Shown here: positions 26,183 to 35,283 of the stretch, in pieces
How the letters are laid out: each line of letters starts with the position of its first letter
Numbering within the stretch: the stretch's first letter is position 1
Source: a virus
Taxonomy: Duplodnaviria > Caudoviricetes
IMG/VR virus record: IMGVR_UViG_3300022173_000189
Span: 6,829 to 70,828 of that record
Direction: 5' to 3' (one strand)
DNA: 64,000 nucleotides
Program-made: the position numbers and the translations under genes
Notes under the pieces: model-generated
Told to the model about the DNA's origin: nothing
What the model saw: only the letters and a program-made list of their open reading frames with translations
Databases searched by the model: none

Positions 26183-28152
26183 TAGCGTTTGGGGAACCAG
26201 CGACGATACACGGCTGGAGAAGGTTTGGGCGCGTTGCCGTTGGAAGCTGGCGCGGCTGGAGCGGGAGTCTCGGCGGCAGGTGCCGAAGTCTCGTTATCGT
26301 CGAAACCCTTGCGCGATTCGCCGAGGAAGGTGACGAGCGTGCGGCGCTTTTTACCAGGCTTCTCCTCGGTGAGCGTGCCGGGCTTGAGCAACGGGTTTTT
26401 GCCGAAGCTGGAGACCACCACGTCGTTGTCCTTGAGCTTCGGAACATCCGCCACGTCCTCGTTCGTCCATTTGCGCGTGATGCGTTTGATGCGCGCTGGG
26501 TCTTCCGACTGGATGACCTCGTTGAGCTGGTTCACCAGCTTCTGGCCTTCCGCAGTGCCACTGAGTTTGCTCCTGACCTCTTCCATCAGCTTGGCCTGGG
26601 ACGGCGCGGGCTTGCGGTTCTTGCGGCTCTCCTCCATGCCTGGACTCTCTTCCGGCAGCGCGGTCATAAAGACGTTCACGACCTCATCGGGAAGGTGCAT
26701 GTAGCGTTTGAAGACGGTCTCAACCCAGGCTTCCTTCGGGAGCTGGTACTTCTCCATCACGTCGGCCAGGATGTCGAGGACTTCGGCCTGGCTCTTGAGC
26801 ATCTCCATCTTCATCTGGTCTTCGAGCGACCCGATGGGTGGCATCATCGCCTTGATGTCGAGCTGCTTCAGGTCGTGCTTGCCCTTGAGCAGTGCGTGGA
26901 AGTAGCCCAGCCATTGATAGCCCGCCACGATGGGCTTGCGGATGGATTTGATCTTCCGCAGGAACCGGATGTCCTGGGCGAGCAGCGCCTTGCCGGAAGG
27001 CGAGTCCTGGCCGTCCTTCTTGCTGCCCAGCCAGGAGCGCGGCATACCAATGATGGAGAAGAAGAGGTCGGTCAGCAGCTCGATGTCGTAAACGTCAGGC
27101 ACCTGGGTTGTACCGGCGATCTTGTTGATCGCATGGGTGAAGCCCTTGGGCTGCGCCAGGTAGAGCACCGTGTCCAGCGCCAGCGCGTTGTAGAAGCTAT
27201 TGAACTCGGTCGGCGTGTTGAGCGCGTCCTGCGCGCCCTGGTTGCCGAAGGAGAGCTTGGCGCGGAGCTGCTGCTTCCAGCGTTGCACCGTCTTCATCTG
27301 CTCGATGGGCGGCTGCTCCTGCACGTCGATGTTGATCGCGTAACGGTCAGGCTGGACCTGGGCACGGTGAACGACCATCTGGTCCACGGCCATCTTGAGC
27401 TTCTTGTATATGCCCTCGGCCTCGGCGAAGACCGGCTCGCCGTGCTCGCTGATGCGCAGGCGGTACATGCGGCGGAAGTGGAGGAAGTCCCAAGGATACC
27501 AGAGGTCTTCCACGTCGCGGCCCGTGTTGATGCCAACGCGCTGCACGGGCGTCTTGTTGTCCGGCATGACGAAGGCGTCGTCTTTGTTCGGACGGTGACC
27601 GGCCCAGCGGAAGCCGATGCACTTGCGATTGCGTTCCAACCAGTAGCGGCGGATGTCCATCGGATAGACGAAGGACAGGCCCATGACGCCCTCCTCCGGG
27701 GCATACTCGATCTTCTCGAAATGGTTGCCGAGCGAGGCGGTGTACCAGACCTGCGACTGGATGATGTCCTCCGCGCCGACCTTCACGAGCATCTCGTTCA
27801 GCTCTTCCTCGAAGTGCTTGTCGTTGCACTGATACCAGACGGTGCCGGGAACGCTGGCGTCCGCCTGGGTCGCCTCGTCCACGATCTCGACGAGCGCCGC
27901 CGCCATCAGATCCCACATGGACATCTCGTCCCACAACTGCATCATCTGCGCGAACGTCGTGGGACGCCGCATGACCGTGTTGTAGCGCGTCCACAGATCC
28001 GCATCAGCGACTGCGCCTGCGTCCTGGAACTCCCTGAAGAGCTGCTCGTCAGACTGGGGTGTCGCCGAGCGAGGCACCAGCGAGCCGGTGCGGAGGCCGG
28101 AGCTGCCCACCAAGCCCATGTGTTTAAGGATGCCAGTAGAATCGACGTTCAC
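26182..28152 (-). CDS. Portal protein (T4 gp20-like)
   Basis: ALVEIVDEA, FLHFRR..HGEPVF, LKMAVDQMVVHRAQVQPDRYAINIDV, IIGMPRSWL. Confidence 0.88.
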   Translation of the reverse strand: MNVDSTGILKHMGLVGSSGLRTGSLVPRSATPQSDEQLFREFQDAGAVADADLWTRYNTVMRRPTTFAQMMQLWDEMSMWDLMAAALVEIVDEATQADASVPGTVWYQCNDKHFEEELNEMLVKVGAEDIIQSQVWYTASLGNHFEKIEYAPEEGVMGLSFVYPMDIRRYWLERNRKCIGFRWAGHRPNKDDAFVMPDNKTPVQRVGINTGRDVEDLWYPWDFLHFRRMYRLRISEHGEPVFAEAEGIYKKLKMAVDQMVVHRAQVQPDRYAINIDVQEQPPIEQMKTVQRWKQQLRAKLSFGNQGAQDALNTPTEFNSFYNALALDTVLYLAQPKGFTHAINKIAGTTQVPDVYDIELLTDLFFSIIGMPRSWLGSKKDGQDSPSGKALLAQDIRFLRKIKSIRKPIVAGYQWLGYFHALLKGKHDLKQLDIKAMMPPIGSLEDQMKMEMLKSQAEVLDILADVMEKYQLPKEAWVETVFKRYMHLPDEVVNVFMTALPEESPGMEESRKNRKPAPSQAKLMEEVRSKLSGTAEGQKLVNQLNEVIQSEDPARIKRITRKWTNEDVADVPKLKDNDVVVSSFGKNPLLKPGTLTEEKPGKKRRTLVTFLGESRKGFDDNETSAPAAETPAPAAPASNGNAPKPSPAVYRRWFPKR

Positions 28153-28215
28153 AGTTTTAACTATCGTTGGTTTACCTGGTGATAAGAACGGCAGATGCTT
28201 CTGGTTCTTTAGGGC

Positions 28216-28452
28216 ATGGGCAAAAAGAAAAAGACCGTCGATTCAAACGTCATCTGCTTCCGGTTGGAACCGGACCAGCTCAAGACCGTCAAGGACCAGT
28301 TCACCAACTATCCAGTCGTCGGCGCGCAGTCCCTGAACCAGTACGTGCGCAAGCAGTATGTGGACATCCTGGAAGGCCGGGCGGAGCTGGTTTATCTCAA
28401 CGAGGCGGACAGGCTGGTGGACTGCGAACGGTACCCTCAGCCGGTTAGCTGA
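28216..28452 (+). CDS. Small putative ribbon-helix-helix DNA-binding protein
   Basis: NVICFRLEPDQLKTV..SLNQYVRKQY. Confidence 0.55.
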   Translation: MGKKKKTVDSNVICFRLEPDQLKTVKDQFTNYPVVGAQSLNQYVRKQYVDILEGRAELVYLNEADRLVDCERYPQPVS

Positions 28453-28741
28453 TCAGGCGCTCAGTCTCGCCCGTCTCAGGATTCAGTTTGAACCGCACGT
28501 CGGTCTGGAAGGTGTGTGGTGACTCCGAATCCGGCATCCGGCAGGGAATGCAGCAGACCAGCCGCTCGTTCTCAATCTTCTCCACCAGGACCAGTTCAGG
28601 CCGCAGCCACTCAGCCTGCGATTCAGCAAAAGTGTTGACGGCCATCTGCAAGGAACCGCTTCGACACTCCTTCAATGCCCAGCGGAGCACCGGGCACTTC
28701 ACCTCGTCTGCAAGGTCCGGGACGTGAGTCCCTGCGGCCAT
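28445..28741 (-). CDS. Hypothetical protein
   Basis: ORF from MAAGTHVP. Confidence 0.55.
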   Translation of the reverse strand: MAAGTHVPDLADEVKCPVLRWALKECRSGSLQMAVNTFAESQAEWLRPELVLVEKIENERLVCCIPCRMPDSESPHTFQTDVRFKLNPETGETERLIS

Positions 28742-28760
28742 TCGCGCCGCTTCGCTGACG

Positions 28761-29120
28761 CTAACCCGCATACTCGTAGTCCTTGCCGGGGAAGTCATCC
28801 TCACAGACCTCCAGTTCAACGCCTGTGCGCGCCGCGCCATCCTTGATGTAGCGGTAGAACGTCGGAGCACGCGGCGCGGCAATGAGACGCACGAGCTGAG
28901 TGACAACCTCCTTGGGAAGCTTCTGGAAATCGAGCTGGACCTTCCACGTCTTGGGCTTGGTGGTGTCCTTCACCGTCTGCGTGTCGGCCAGGAAGTTCAT
29001 CAAGGACGGCGTGGAGAAGAGCCGCATGAGCAGGCGGTTCACGAACACGGAAATCTTGCGAGGCAGTTGGGCCTCACCTTCCTGCTCGATCAGAATTCTG
29101 GCGAGTTGGCTCTTCGTCAT
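28761..29120 (-). CDS. Hypothetical protein with N-terminal LARILIE motif
   Basis: 119 aa; TAGTTA 5 nt before ATG. Confidence 0.75.
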   Translation of the reverse strand: MTKSQLARILIEQEGEAQLPRKISVFVNRLLMRLFSTPSLMNFLADTQTVKDTTKPKTWKVQLDFQKLPKEVVTQLVRLIAAPRAPTFYRYIKDGAARTGVELEVCEDDFPGKDYEYAG

Positions 29121-29124
29121 CGCA

Positions 29125-29280
29125 TTAACTACGCTGCCGCATGTAGTCCCGCAGTGCCGTGCTGACGAAGCTCCGCAGCCAGCGGATGTTCAGGCGTGGG
29201 CGCACAGGCATCCATGCAGGGGTCTCAACATCGACCTTGCAAATCTCAGTCCCGTTCGCGTTCAGTGAATACGCAGTCAT
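29125..29280 (-). CDS. Small hypothetical protein (51 aa, not in ORF track)
   Basis: MTAYSLNANGTEICKVDVETP..; AAGTTA 6 nt before ATG. Confidence 0.4.
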   Translation of the reverse strand: MTAYSLNANGTEICKVDVETPAWMPVRPRLNIRWLRSFVSTALRDYMRQRS

Positions 29281-29368
29281 CTGTCTTAACTTCTGTGCCT
29301 ACAAGAACAGAAACGGTGGAATTGAAGTTTGGGTCAAAGAACATTGGAGTTCAATAGTTCTTCAGGAT

Positions 29369-30412
29369 GTGAAACTCCTGATTTTCTCCGATCTCCAAGC
29401 GACCAGCGGCCATGAACGCTGCCGCAACAACCCCAACGTGGCGCTCCAGCACTGGCGCGTGACAAAGTTTTTCAAGGACGCCCTGGCCATCTACAAGGAG
29501 CACGAATGTGATGGCGTGATTGACCTGGGGGACACTACCGACGACCGCAGCAGCATCCCGGTCCCGACTCTGGATGCACTGATGACGGGCATCGGGTCAT
29601 TCCCGGACTCCCCTTGGAACATCAAGATCGTCGGCAACCACGAGCAGTACGTCCGCGATGGCAGCGTGAACACCGGGCGGCTCTTCGAGCACAAGTTCAC
29701 CGTGGTGGAGGGGATGAAGGTCTTCAAATACAACAGCACGCACAAGCTGGTCTTCGTGTCGTTCGGCGTGGAGTCAGCCATCGCAGAGTTCCTCCAGGCC
29801 ACCACGCAGAAATACGCCGAGACTCATGCCCTGGCGCTCTTCGGCCACTTCCAGGTCCAAGGCAGCATGATGACAGGCGGTGCGTCGCCGTCCGGCATTG
29901 CGCCCGCGCTGCTCAAGCCCTTTGATATGGCGCTCCTGGGCCACGTCCACAAGCCGCAGTCGCTCCTGCCCACCGCTCACTACGTCGGCTCACCGTTCCA
30001 GCAGAACTATGGCGAGAGCGGCGAGGACAAGCGCGTCGGCATCTTTGACTTGGATACGCTCACGATGACCTGGGTGCCGCTCACAGGCTACCCACGCTAC
30101 CGCGTCATCAACTGGGAAGAGTGGGAGGGGCTGGACTTTACGTCCGAGGATCGCGTGAAGGTCATCCTGCGCACCCAGGAACAGGCCGCAGCTTTCTACG
30201 CCCATCCGCAGTGCGCCTGGGCTGATGAGGCCATCTACGAGTTCGAGCGTCCGGCTGACTCCGGGGCCGTCGTGAAAGTGGAGGAAGGCGGCTGGAGCCA
30301 GAAGAACGTGTTGGGGCGCTACGTTGACCTTAACGCTCCCGCTTTCAAGCTGCCAGTGCCCCTGGGTGAGTTCATCGAAATCGGCAAGGGTGTTGGAGGC
30401 ATCACGGACTAA
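29369..30412 (+). CDS. Mre11/SbcD/gp47-like metallophosphoesterase nuclease
   Basis: FSDLQ, DLGD, VGNHE, LGHVHKPQ, YVGSPFQQNYGE; GTG start after GTTCTTC motif. Confidence 0.9.
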   Translation: MKLLIFSDLQATSGHERCRNNPNVALQHWRVTKFFKDALAIYKEHECDGVIDLGDTTDDRSSIPVPTLDALMTGIGSFPDSPWNIKIVGNHEQYVRDGSVNTGRLFEHKFTVVEGMKVFKYNSTHKLVFVSFGVESAIAEFLQATTQKYAETHALALFGHFQVQGSMMTGGASPSGIAPALLKPFDMALLGHVHKPQSLLPTAHYVGSPFQQNYGESGEDKRVGIFDLDTLTMTWVPLTGYPRYRVINWEEWEGLDFTSEDRVKVILRTQEQAAAFYAHPQCAWADEAIYEFERPADSGAVVKVEEGGWSQKNVLGRYVDLNAPAFKLPVPLGEFIEIGKGVGGITD

Positions 30413-30511
30413 AAGTGCCAAGAGACAATTGGGATTCAATCGTCTTTCAGGTGCCAAGGTGAAGATCGCTAGTTATTCGCGAACAGTAAAACTTAACCAA
30501 CAGGCACTACA

Positions 30512-31009
30512 ATGAATCAACTATCGGCAATCGGGTTCAGCACGGACGCAAACGTCCTGGCTGGCTACGCGCAATCCTGCGGTGACCGTCTGGGCAACAT
30601 CGACTTCATCTTCGAGAACCGTGGCAACGTCGCCGCGTTCATCAAGGTGAGCCAGTTCGATGGTGTGACCTCTCCGTCCGGCTACGCGCAGATCGGCGCT
30701 GGCAGCACGGTGGCGGCTGGCGGCTCGCTCACTCGAAGCTTCAATCTGCTCTCCAAGCGCATTGGCTTCTTCGGCTCCGGCGTCGGCGGCTCGACCAGCG
30801 TGAACATCTCGGCTGTCATCCGCAACAAGGGTGACCTCCGTGGCGCGCAGATCGACATCGTGGCCACTGGACGCAAGGGCTGGGGCTATGACTCTGCCTT
30901 CAATCGTCCTGACCTCACCAAGAAGTGGGGATCTGTCGTGGGTGTCACCACGTCCGGTGGCGTCATCGACGCTGGCCAGGGCAACTTCCGCACCGACGAA
31001 GGCGTGTAA
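30512..31009 (+). CDS. Hypothetical G/S-rich, probably structural protein
   Basis: 165 aa, strong codon bias, followed by terminator. Confidence 0.7.
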   Translation: MNQLSAIGFSTDANVLAGYAQSCGDRLGNIDFIFENRGNVAAFIKVSQFDGVTSPSGYAQIGAGSTVAAGGSLTRSFNLLSKRIGFFGSGVGGSTSVNISAVIRNKGDLRGAQIDIVATGRKGWGYDSAFNRPDLTKKWGSVVGVTTSGGVIDAGQGNFRTDEGV

Positions 31010-31032
31010 GCGCACCGTCAGGAATCGAATCA

Positions 31033-31263
31033 TCAAGCCGCTCCAGGTGGGGCGGCTTTTTCTTTGGCGAAGATGATCCGGCCAAGGTCGGCGTAGAATT
31101 CCTTGGTGTCGCGGGCGCAGGAGTCAATCCACTGGCGTTTCTGTTCGACGGTGGTACAGAGCCGCAGCCCTGCATCAAGGAAGTGGACTAGCACCGTCCG
31201 GTGGGACAGCAGCAGTGCTTCCAGATTCCTCAGCGGGAGGCTCAACTCGGAGACGGGAGTCAT
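31033..31263 (-). CDS. Hypothetical protein
   Basis: 76-aa ORF. Confidence 0.5.
   Translation of the reverse strand: MTPVSELSLPLRNLEALLLSHRTVLVHFLDAGLRLCTTVEQKRQWIDSCARDTKEFYADLGRIIFAKEKAAPPGAA
31035..31065 (+). terminator. Rho-independent terminator
   Basis: AAGCCGCTCC-AGGT-GGGGCGGCTT then TTTCTTT. Confidence 0.85.
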
Positions 31264-31459
31264 TGAGGTTTTTGCCGGGCGTGGGGTTGGGTTTAAGGTC
31301 GTGCCAGCCCGCAGTATTCTTGACCTTCATCACCATCTGTCTGGCCCCACAGAGCGGGCACTCACGGCGCAGGTCTGGATGGCGCGTGGTGCCCGCATTC
31401 TCCCAAATGAACATGCCGTTGCAGGGTTCACTGGTAACGGGAGAATTGTGAGTGGCCAT
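31175..31459 (-). CDS. Hypothetical protein, possible Zn ribbon
   Basis: ECPLCG. Confidence 0.45.
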   Translation of the reverse strand: MATHNSPVTSEPCNGMFIWENAGTTRHPDLRRECPLCGARQMVMKVKNTAGWHDLKPNPTPGKNLNDSRLRVEPPAEESGSTAAVPPDGASPLP

Positions 31460-31466
31460 GATAAAA

Positions 31467-32090
31467 TTACCCGACCACTCCGGTGATATACTGCTCGTCG
31501 ATGTAGGCGTACTCCACCTTGTTCAGCACAATCAGGTTGCAACGGTCCAGGCGCAGCGAGACCTCGTTGCCGGGTTCAATCGGCAGCGTGACCAGCGGTC
31601 CTTTCTTGACCACATGGAACTTGAAGGAGGCTCCGCTCTTGGCGTTCTCCGGGATGATGATCTTTCCCTGCTCGTTGAGCTTGGGCTGGAGGAGGCACCA
31701 CTTTCCGATGGGGTCGAAAGTGTCCGCCGTCACGTTGTCAGCGTCGGTCACCTTGGCGATGAGGTCGCCCTGGAGCATGACCAGGTAGATGGTCTCCTTG
31801 CCGTCCGCGCCCACCCAGTTGATGCCGTTGCTGGCCGCAATCAGCTCGTTGGTCTGGAAGTAAACGAGATCGCCGTCCTTGACCACCATCGGGATGGGAG
31901 CCTTGCCGTTCCATTGGCCGTCGCCCACGGAGATGACTTTGCCGAGCCGGTGGATGTCGCGGTTGCGGGCGCGATCCGGGATGTAGATGCTGCCGGGCTT
32001 CGTTGGAACGTGGTCGAGCAGAACGCGGTCGCCAAAGAGGCGGACTTTGATGTCAGTGGCCGGAGTTTCAGTTGCTTCAGATTTCTTCAT
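31467..32090 (-). CDS. groES: Co-chaperonin with two tandem GroES domains
   Basis: Domain 1 RLFGDRVLL..GSIYIPD..GKVISVGDG..VKDGDLVYF; domain 2 DPIGKWCLL..GKIIIPENA..EYAYIDEQYITGVV; ATGA-coupled to primase. Confidence 0.88.
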   Translation of the reverse strand: MKKSEATETPATDIKVRLFGDRVLLDHVPTKPGSIYIPDRARNRDIHRLGKVISVGDGQWNGKAPIPMVVKDGDLVYFQTNELIAASNGINWVGADGKETIYLVMLQGDLIAKVTDADNVTADTFDPIGKWCLLQPKLNEQGKIIIPENAKSGASFKFHVVKKGPLVTLPIEPGNEVSLRLDRCNLIVLNKVEYAYIDEQYITGVVG

Positions 32091-33148
32091 TTCTGATAAA
32101 GAACCCGAACGTCCTTCCCTCCGACGTTCAAACCGAGATTTTTTATGGCGTGGGCCGAGGAGGACGACATGTCGATGGACCGGCGCTTCTCGAACGCCTC
32201 CCAGGCCAGGTCCACGTCGTCGTTGGGGTCCAGGCGGCTGTTGCCCTCGCCCGCAGGCATCTCGGCCACGGACACGCGCACCCGCGAAATGCGCGGGCCG
32301 GACTTCCAGGAGGAGTCGATGGCGTCGTGGTCGTAGAGCAGGCAAATCTCCTTGAGATGCTTGCAGCGGACCAGCTTGATGATCTGCTCCTTGGAGAGAC
32401 TGTGCTTGAACGCCGCCACCGGGACAATACCGTTGACTCCCATTTCGGCGATCTTCTTGCGCAGCGAGAGCACGTTCAGGATGGACTCCACCACGATGAC
32501 GCACTGCGCCTTGGTCTCCATCAGCTCGTCGATGTTGTAGAGCCAGTAGCGCGAGCCGTAGGGCACCTTCTCCCGGAAGGGGAACCGCTTGGTCTTCTCG
32601 CCCGGCTCCTCCGAATAGGTGCGGCCTTGGTAGTAAACGACCGTGCCGTATTCGCGCACCGGGAAGATGCAGAACGGCTCCCACTCTGGATCGTCCCGCG
32701 TGAAGCCCGCGCCCACGTCCACGAAAGACTGAAGGTCCAGGTTTTTGCGCTTGGCCATGTTGCCGATGAAGCGCGTGTAGCAGGACTTCGGCTCAGATTC
32801 GAGCGTGGTGAACCCTGGAGGCAGCGCCAGCGTCCGCACGGGCGGCAGGAACAGCTTGGGCTTCACGTTTAGGTCCGGGAGCATGTCGGCCAGCATGGTG
32901 CCCATCCCAGCGCCCCCGCTGCTGCTGAAATGGTAGCCGAGCCTGCTGGCCCAGGCCGTGAAGTCACCGGCCACGTTGCAGCGCCAGCAGTTGGTCTTGG
33001 CGGTGCGGATGTTGACCGAGCGGTTCCCTGATTTGTCGCCACAGCCGGGCTGGGGACAGATGAACACGATCTCATGCGCGGTCGAGCGAGTCCTGATGAC
33101 CTCGAACGCTCCCTCAATTTCCTGGCGTAAGACGGGGGAGATGGGCAT
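32087..33148 (-). CDS. DNA primase (Zn-finger + Toprim)
   Basis: CPQPGCGD..NCWRC; GTVVYYQGR; VVES..; YDHD. Confidence 0.88.
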   Translation of the reverse strand: MPISPVLRQEIEGAFEVIRTRSTAHEIVFICPQPGCGDKSGNRSVNIRTAKTNCWRCNVAGDFTAWASRLGYHFSSSGGAGMGTMLADMLPDLNVKPKLFLPPVRTLALPPGFTTLESEPKSCYTRFIGNMAKRKNLDLQSFVDVGAGFTRDDPEWEPFCIFPVREYGTVVYYQGRTYSEEPGEKTKRFPFREKVPYGSRYWLYNIDELMETKAQCVIVVESILNVLSLRKKIAEMGVNGIVPVAAFKHSLSKEQIIKLVRCKHLKEICLLYDHDAIDSSWKSGPRISRVRVSVAEMPAGEGNSRLDPNDDVDLAWEAFEKRRSIDMSSSSAHAIKNLGLNVGGKDVRVLYQK

Positions 33149-33159
33149 GTATCTAAATT

Positions 33160-33345
33160 GTGAACTTGAATCAGTACATCGACAAAGCCAGCGCGTTTAG
33201 TGCGCCCACTCCAGAACCCGGTCACCCGGTCATTGATCGCTCGGCGCAGTCCTCCACGGCGTTTGAGTTTGCGCGGCGTGCAGCGGCACGGCCCGCCCCG
33301 GAGCCGGTCAAGCAGTTGGAGAAGATTATTCCGGTGGCCAGTTAA
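33160..33345 (+). CDS. Small hypothetical protein
   Basis: 61 aa; TATCTA 4 nt before GTG. Confidence 0.5.
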   Translation: MNLNQYIDKASAFSAPTPEPGHPVIDRSAQSSTAFEFARRAAARPAPEPVKQLEKIIPVAS

Positions 33346-34250
33346 GGCGCAGGCGAGAGGTTGCTCTCAACGAGGCTGTTGACGAGCGCATAGTCGAGGA
33401 TGTTCTCGACGTAGAAGGTTGCCTCCAGCGTGAGGAATGTACCGGCGTCGCTGTAGTCGAGGTCTCCCATCTTGAATCCGCCCAGCCAGGCGTTCTCCAG
33501 GATGTAGAGGCCGGAGTACTGGAGGTCGTTCGCAATGATGATCTTCTTCAGGTCCGTCGAGCCGGTTGTGGACAGGCGGTCGGACTGCTGCTGCAAATTG
33601 GCCTTCGCCGCCATGAGCTGCTGCTGCTGGCGCTGGCGAGCCTGGAACTGTTCGTCGCTCTCTCCCGGAAACCGTTTCACGGCCTGGCCGTTGAAGAGGT
33701 TCACCGTGTTAAACAATCCTGATGACAGCGTTGATTGCAGCGCCGTGCCGACCAGGACCGAGGAGTTGCGCGCCACGTCCAGGTCCACCGTGCGGACGTT
33801 GCCGCCTTTGAGCGTGATGAGCGTCAAGTTGAAGGCGTACTCGATCCGGTAGTCGCGGTTGAGCGCGATGCTAGGCTCCTCGCCCATTCCACCACGGCCT
33901 GCACGGATCAATTGCCGCCAGGAGTCCAGGAAGCGGTAGATGTGGGAGCTTTCCTTGTCGGAGCGGCAGTCGATGACAAAGGTCATCTTCACCGGGTCCA
34001 TCGGCTCGTCCCACGACGGCATGTGATAGGGCTTGGAGTCGCGACGGAACACATCGGACTTGATGCGCAGCTCTGGCAGCGACACGGAGCGGACGAAGTA
34101 GGGCGGGACCGGCGAGAGGCGCGAGTCCATCTGCGCGCTGACGAAGGCCACCGCGTCGCGGAAATCGACCATCCACAGGTCTTTTCGTTGAGCTTCCAGG
34201 CCCGCCTGCGCTCCCCACATGTTCTTCTGGTTAGTAACGACTCTCGGCAT
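33342..34250 (-). CDS. Second tail-tube-fold protein (gp48/gp54-like tube initiator)
   Basis: QRKDLWMVDF, VRSVSLPE, IYRFLDSWRQLI, ILENAWL..GDLDYS..LEATFYVE. Confidence 0.7.
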   Translation of the reverse strand: MPRVVTNQKNMWGAQAGLEAQRKDLWMVDFRDAVAFVSAQMDSRLSPVPPYFVRSVSLPELRIKSDVFRRDSKPYHMPSWDEPMDPVKMTFVIDCRSDKESSHIYRFLDSWRQLIRAGRGGMGEEPSIALNRDYRIEYAFNLTLITLKGGNVRTVDLDVARNSSVLVGTALQSTLSSGLFNTVNLFNGQAVKRFPGESDEQFQARQRQQQQLMAAKANLQQQSDRLSTTGSTDLKKIIIANDLQYSGLYILENAWLGGFKMGDLDYSDAGTFLTLEATFYVENILDYALVNSLVESNLSPAP

Positions 34251-34264
34251 ACCCTATTTACCTC

Positions 34265-35257
34265 ATGGACCTCTACGGCACTTACGCAGGCATTGTTGAA
34301 GCAGTGAAAGACCCGGAACGCCTCGGTCGCGTGAAGGTCCGCGTGCCTCACGTTTACGGTGGCACGGTCAAGGCCGGGGCCATCGGAACCAACGAGCTGC
34401 CCTGGGCGCTGCCTGCCGGAATGCCCGCTGGAGGCACGCCCGCCAGCGGTGGCTTCTCCATGCTGCCGGAGGTCGGGGACAAAGTATGGGTTCGCTTCCT
34501 GGATGGCGAGCCGGAGAAGCCCATCTGGGAGTGGGCCAACCAGACCATCGGCGACGTAAAAAACTTCTCCTTCCACAAATACGCCGACGAGAACGGTGCG
34601 GTCGGCAGCCCGGAAGCCACGCGCTGGACGCGCTACAGCCACGCCTTTGAGATCAACCCGGACGCGGCCCTTGCCACTACCAAGGGCGGCTACCGGCTCG
34701 TCCTGACGGACGGCGGCACCGACCAGAGCGGCAGCGCACTGCTCTCCACGGCCAAGGGCAACTTCCTGCTCCTGGACGACTCCTCGGACATCGCGGCGCT
34801 CAACACCAACGAGGACTGCTACCTCAACATCGGGGACTCACTCATCTCCCTGGCCCGGTCGTACGACTTCACGGCCACGACCGACAGCTTCACGTTCACA
34901 GCGGGCGAAGCCTTCGACGTGACGGCGGGCACGTCCTCCGCCATCAGCCTCGGCACCAGCCTCGACCTGACGGTCGGCACCACGGCGCTGTTGTCGGCGG
35001 GCACGAACATGACTCTCGCCGCCGAGGCGATCATGCAGGCGAACTTTGCCACGCTGCGCCTGGGTGCCGGTGCCGCGCAGCCATTCGTGCTGGGGACGCA
35101 GTTGGTGACCTTCCTGACTTCGCTCCTGTCCTACCTGGCGCTGCACACGCACGTCAGCGGCACGCCCGGCTCGCCCACGTCGCCGCCCACCGTGCCGATT
35201 GTTGCTGTCCAGCCACTGCCATCCCTCCTCATCTCGCAGACGATCTTCGGGCAGTGA
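34265..35257 (+). CDS. Baseplate central spike (gp5/gpV-like OB fold + beta-helix + HxH tip)
   Basis: GIVEAVKDPERLGRVKVRVP, LPEVGDKVWVRFLDGEPEKPIW, 8-aa xGT repeats, LHTH. Confidence 0.92.
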   Translation: MDLYGTYAGIVEAVKDPERLGRVKVRVPHVYGGTVKAGAIGTNELPWALPAGMPAGGTPASGGFSMLPEVGDKVWVRFLDGEPEKPIWEWANQTIGDVKNFSFHKYADENGAVGSPEATRWTRYSHAFEINPDAALATTKGGYRLVLTDGGTDQSGSALLSTAKGNFLLLDDSSDIAALNTNEDCYLNIGDSLISLARSYDFTATTDSFTFTAGEAFDVTAGTSSAISLGTSLDLTVGTTALLSAGTNMTLAAEAIMQANFATLRLGAGAAQPFVLGTQLVTFLTSLLSYLALHTHVSGTPGSPTSPPTVPIVAVQPLPSLLISQTIFGQ

Positions 35258-35283
35258 CGGGAAGTTCTCCGGTTCTTTGAGAC

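Noticed and set aside
31467-32684. 405-aa ORF suggesting a large N-terminal extension on GroES
   Set aside because: The extension overlaps the primase in another frame; ATG 32090 is ATGA-coupled and preceded by GTTCTTTA
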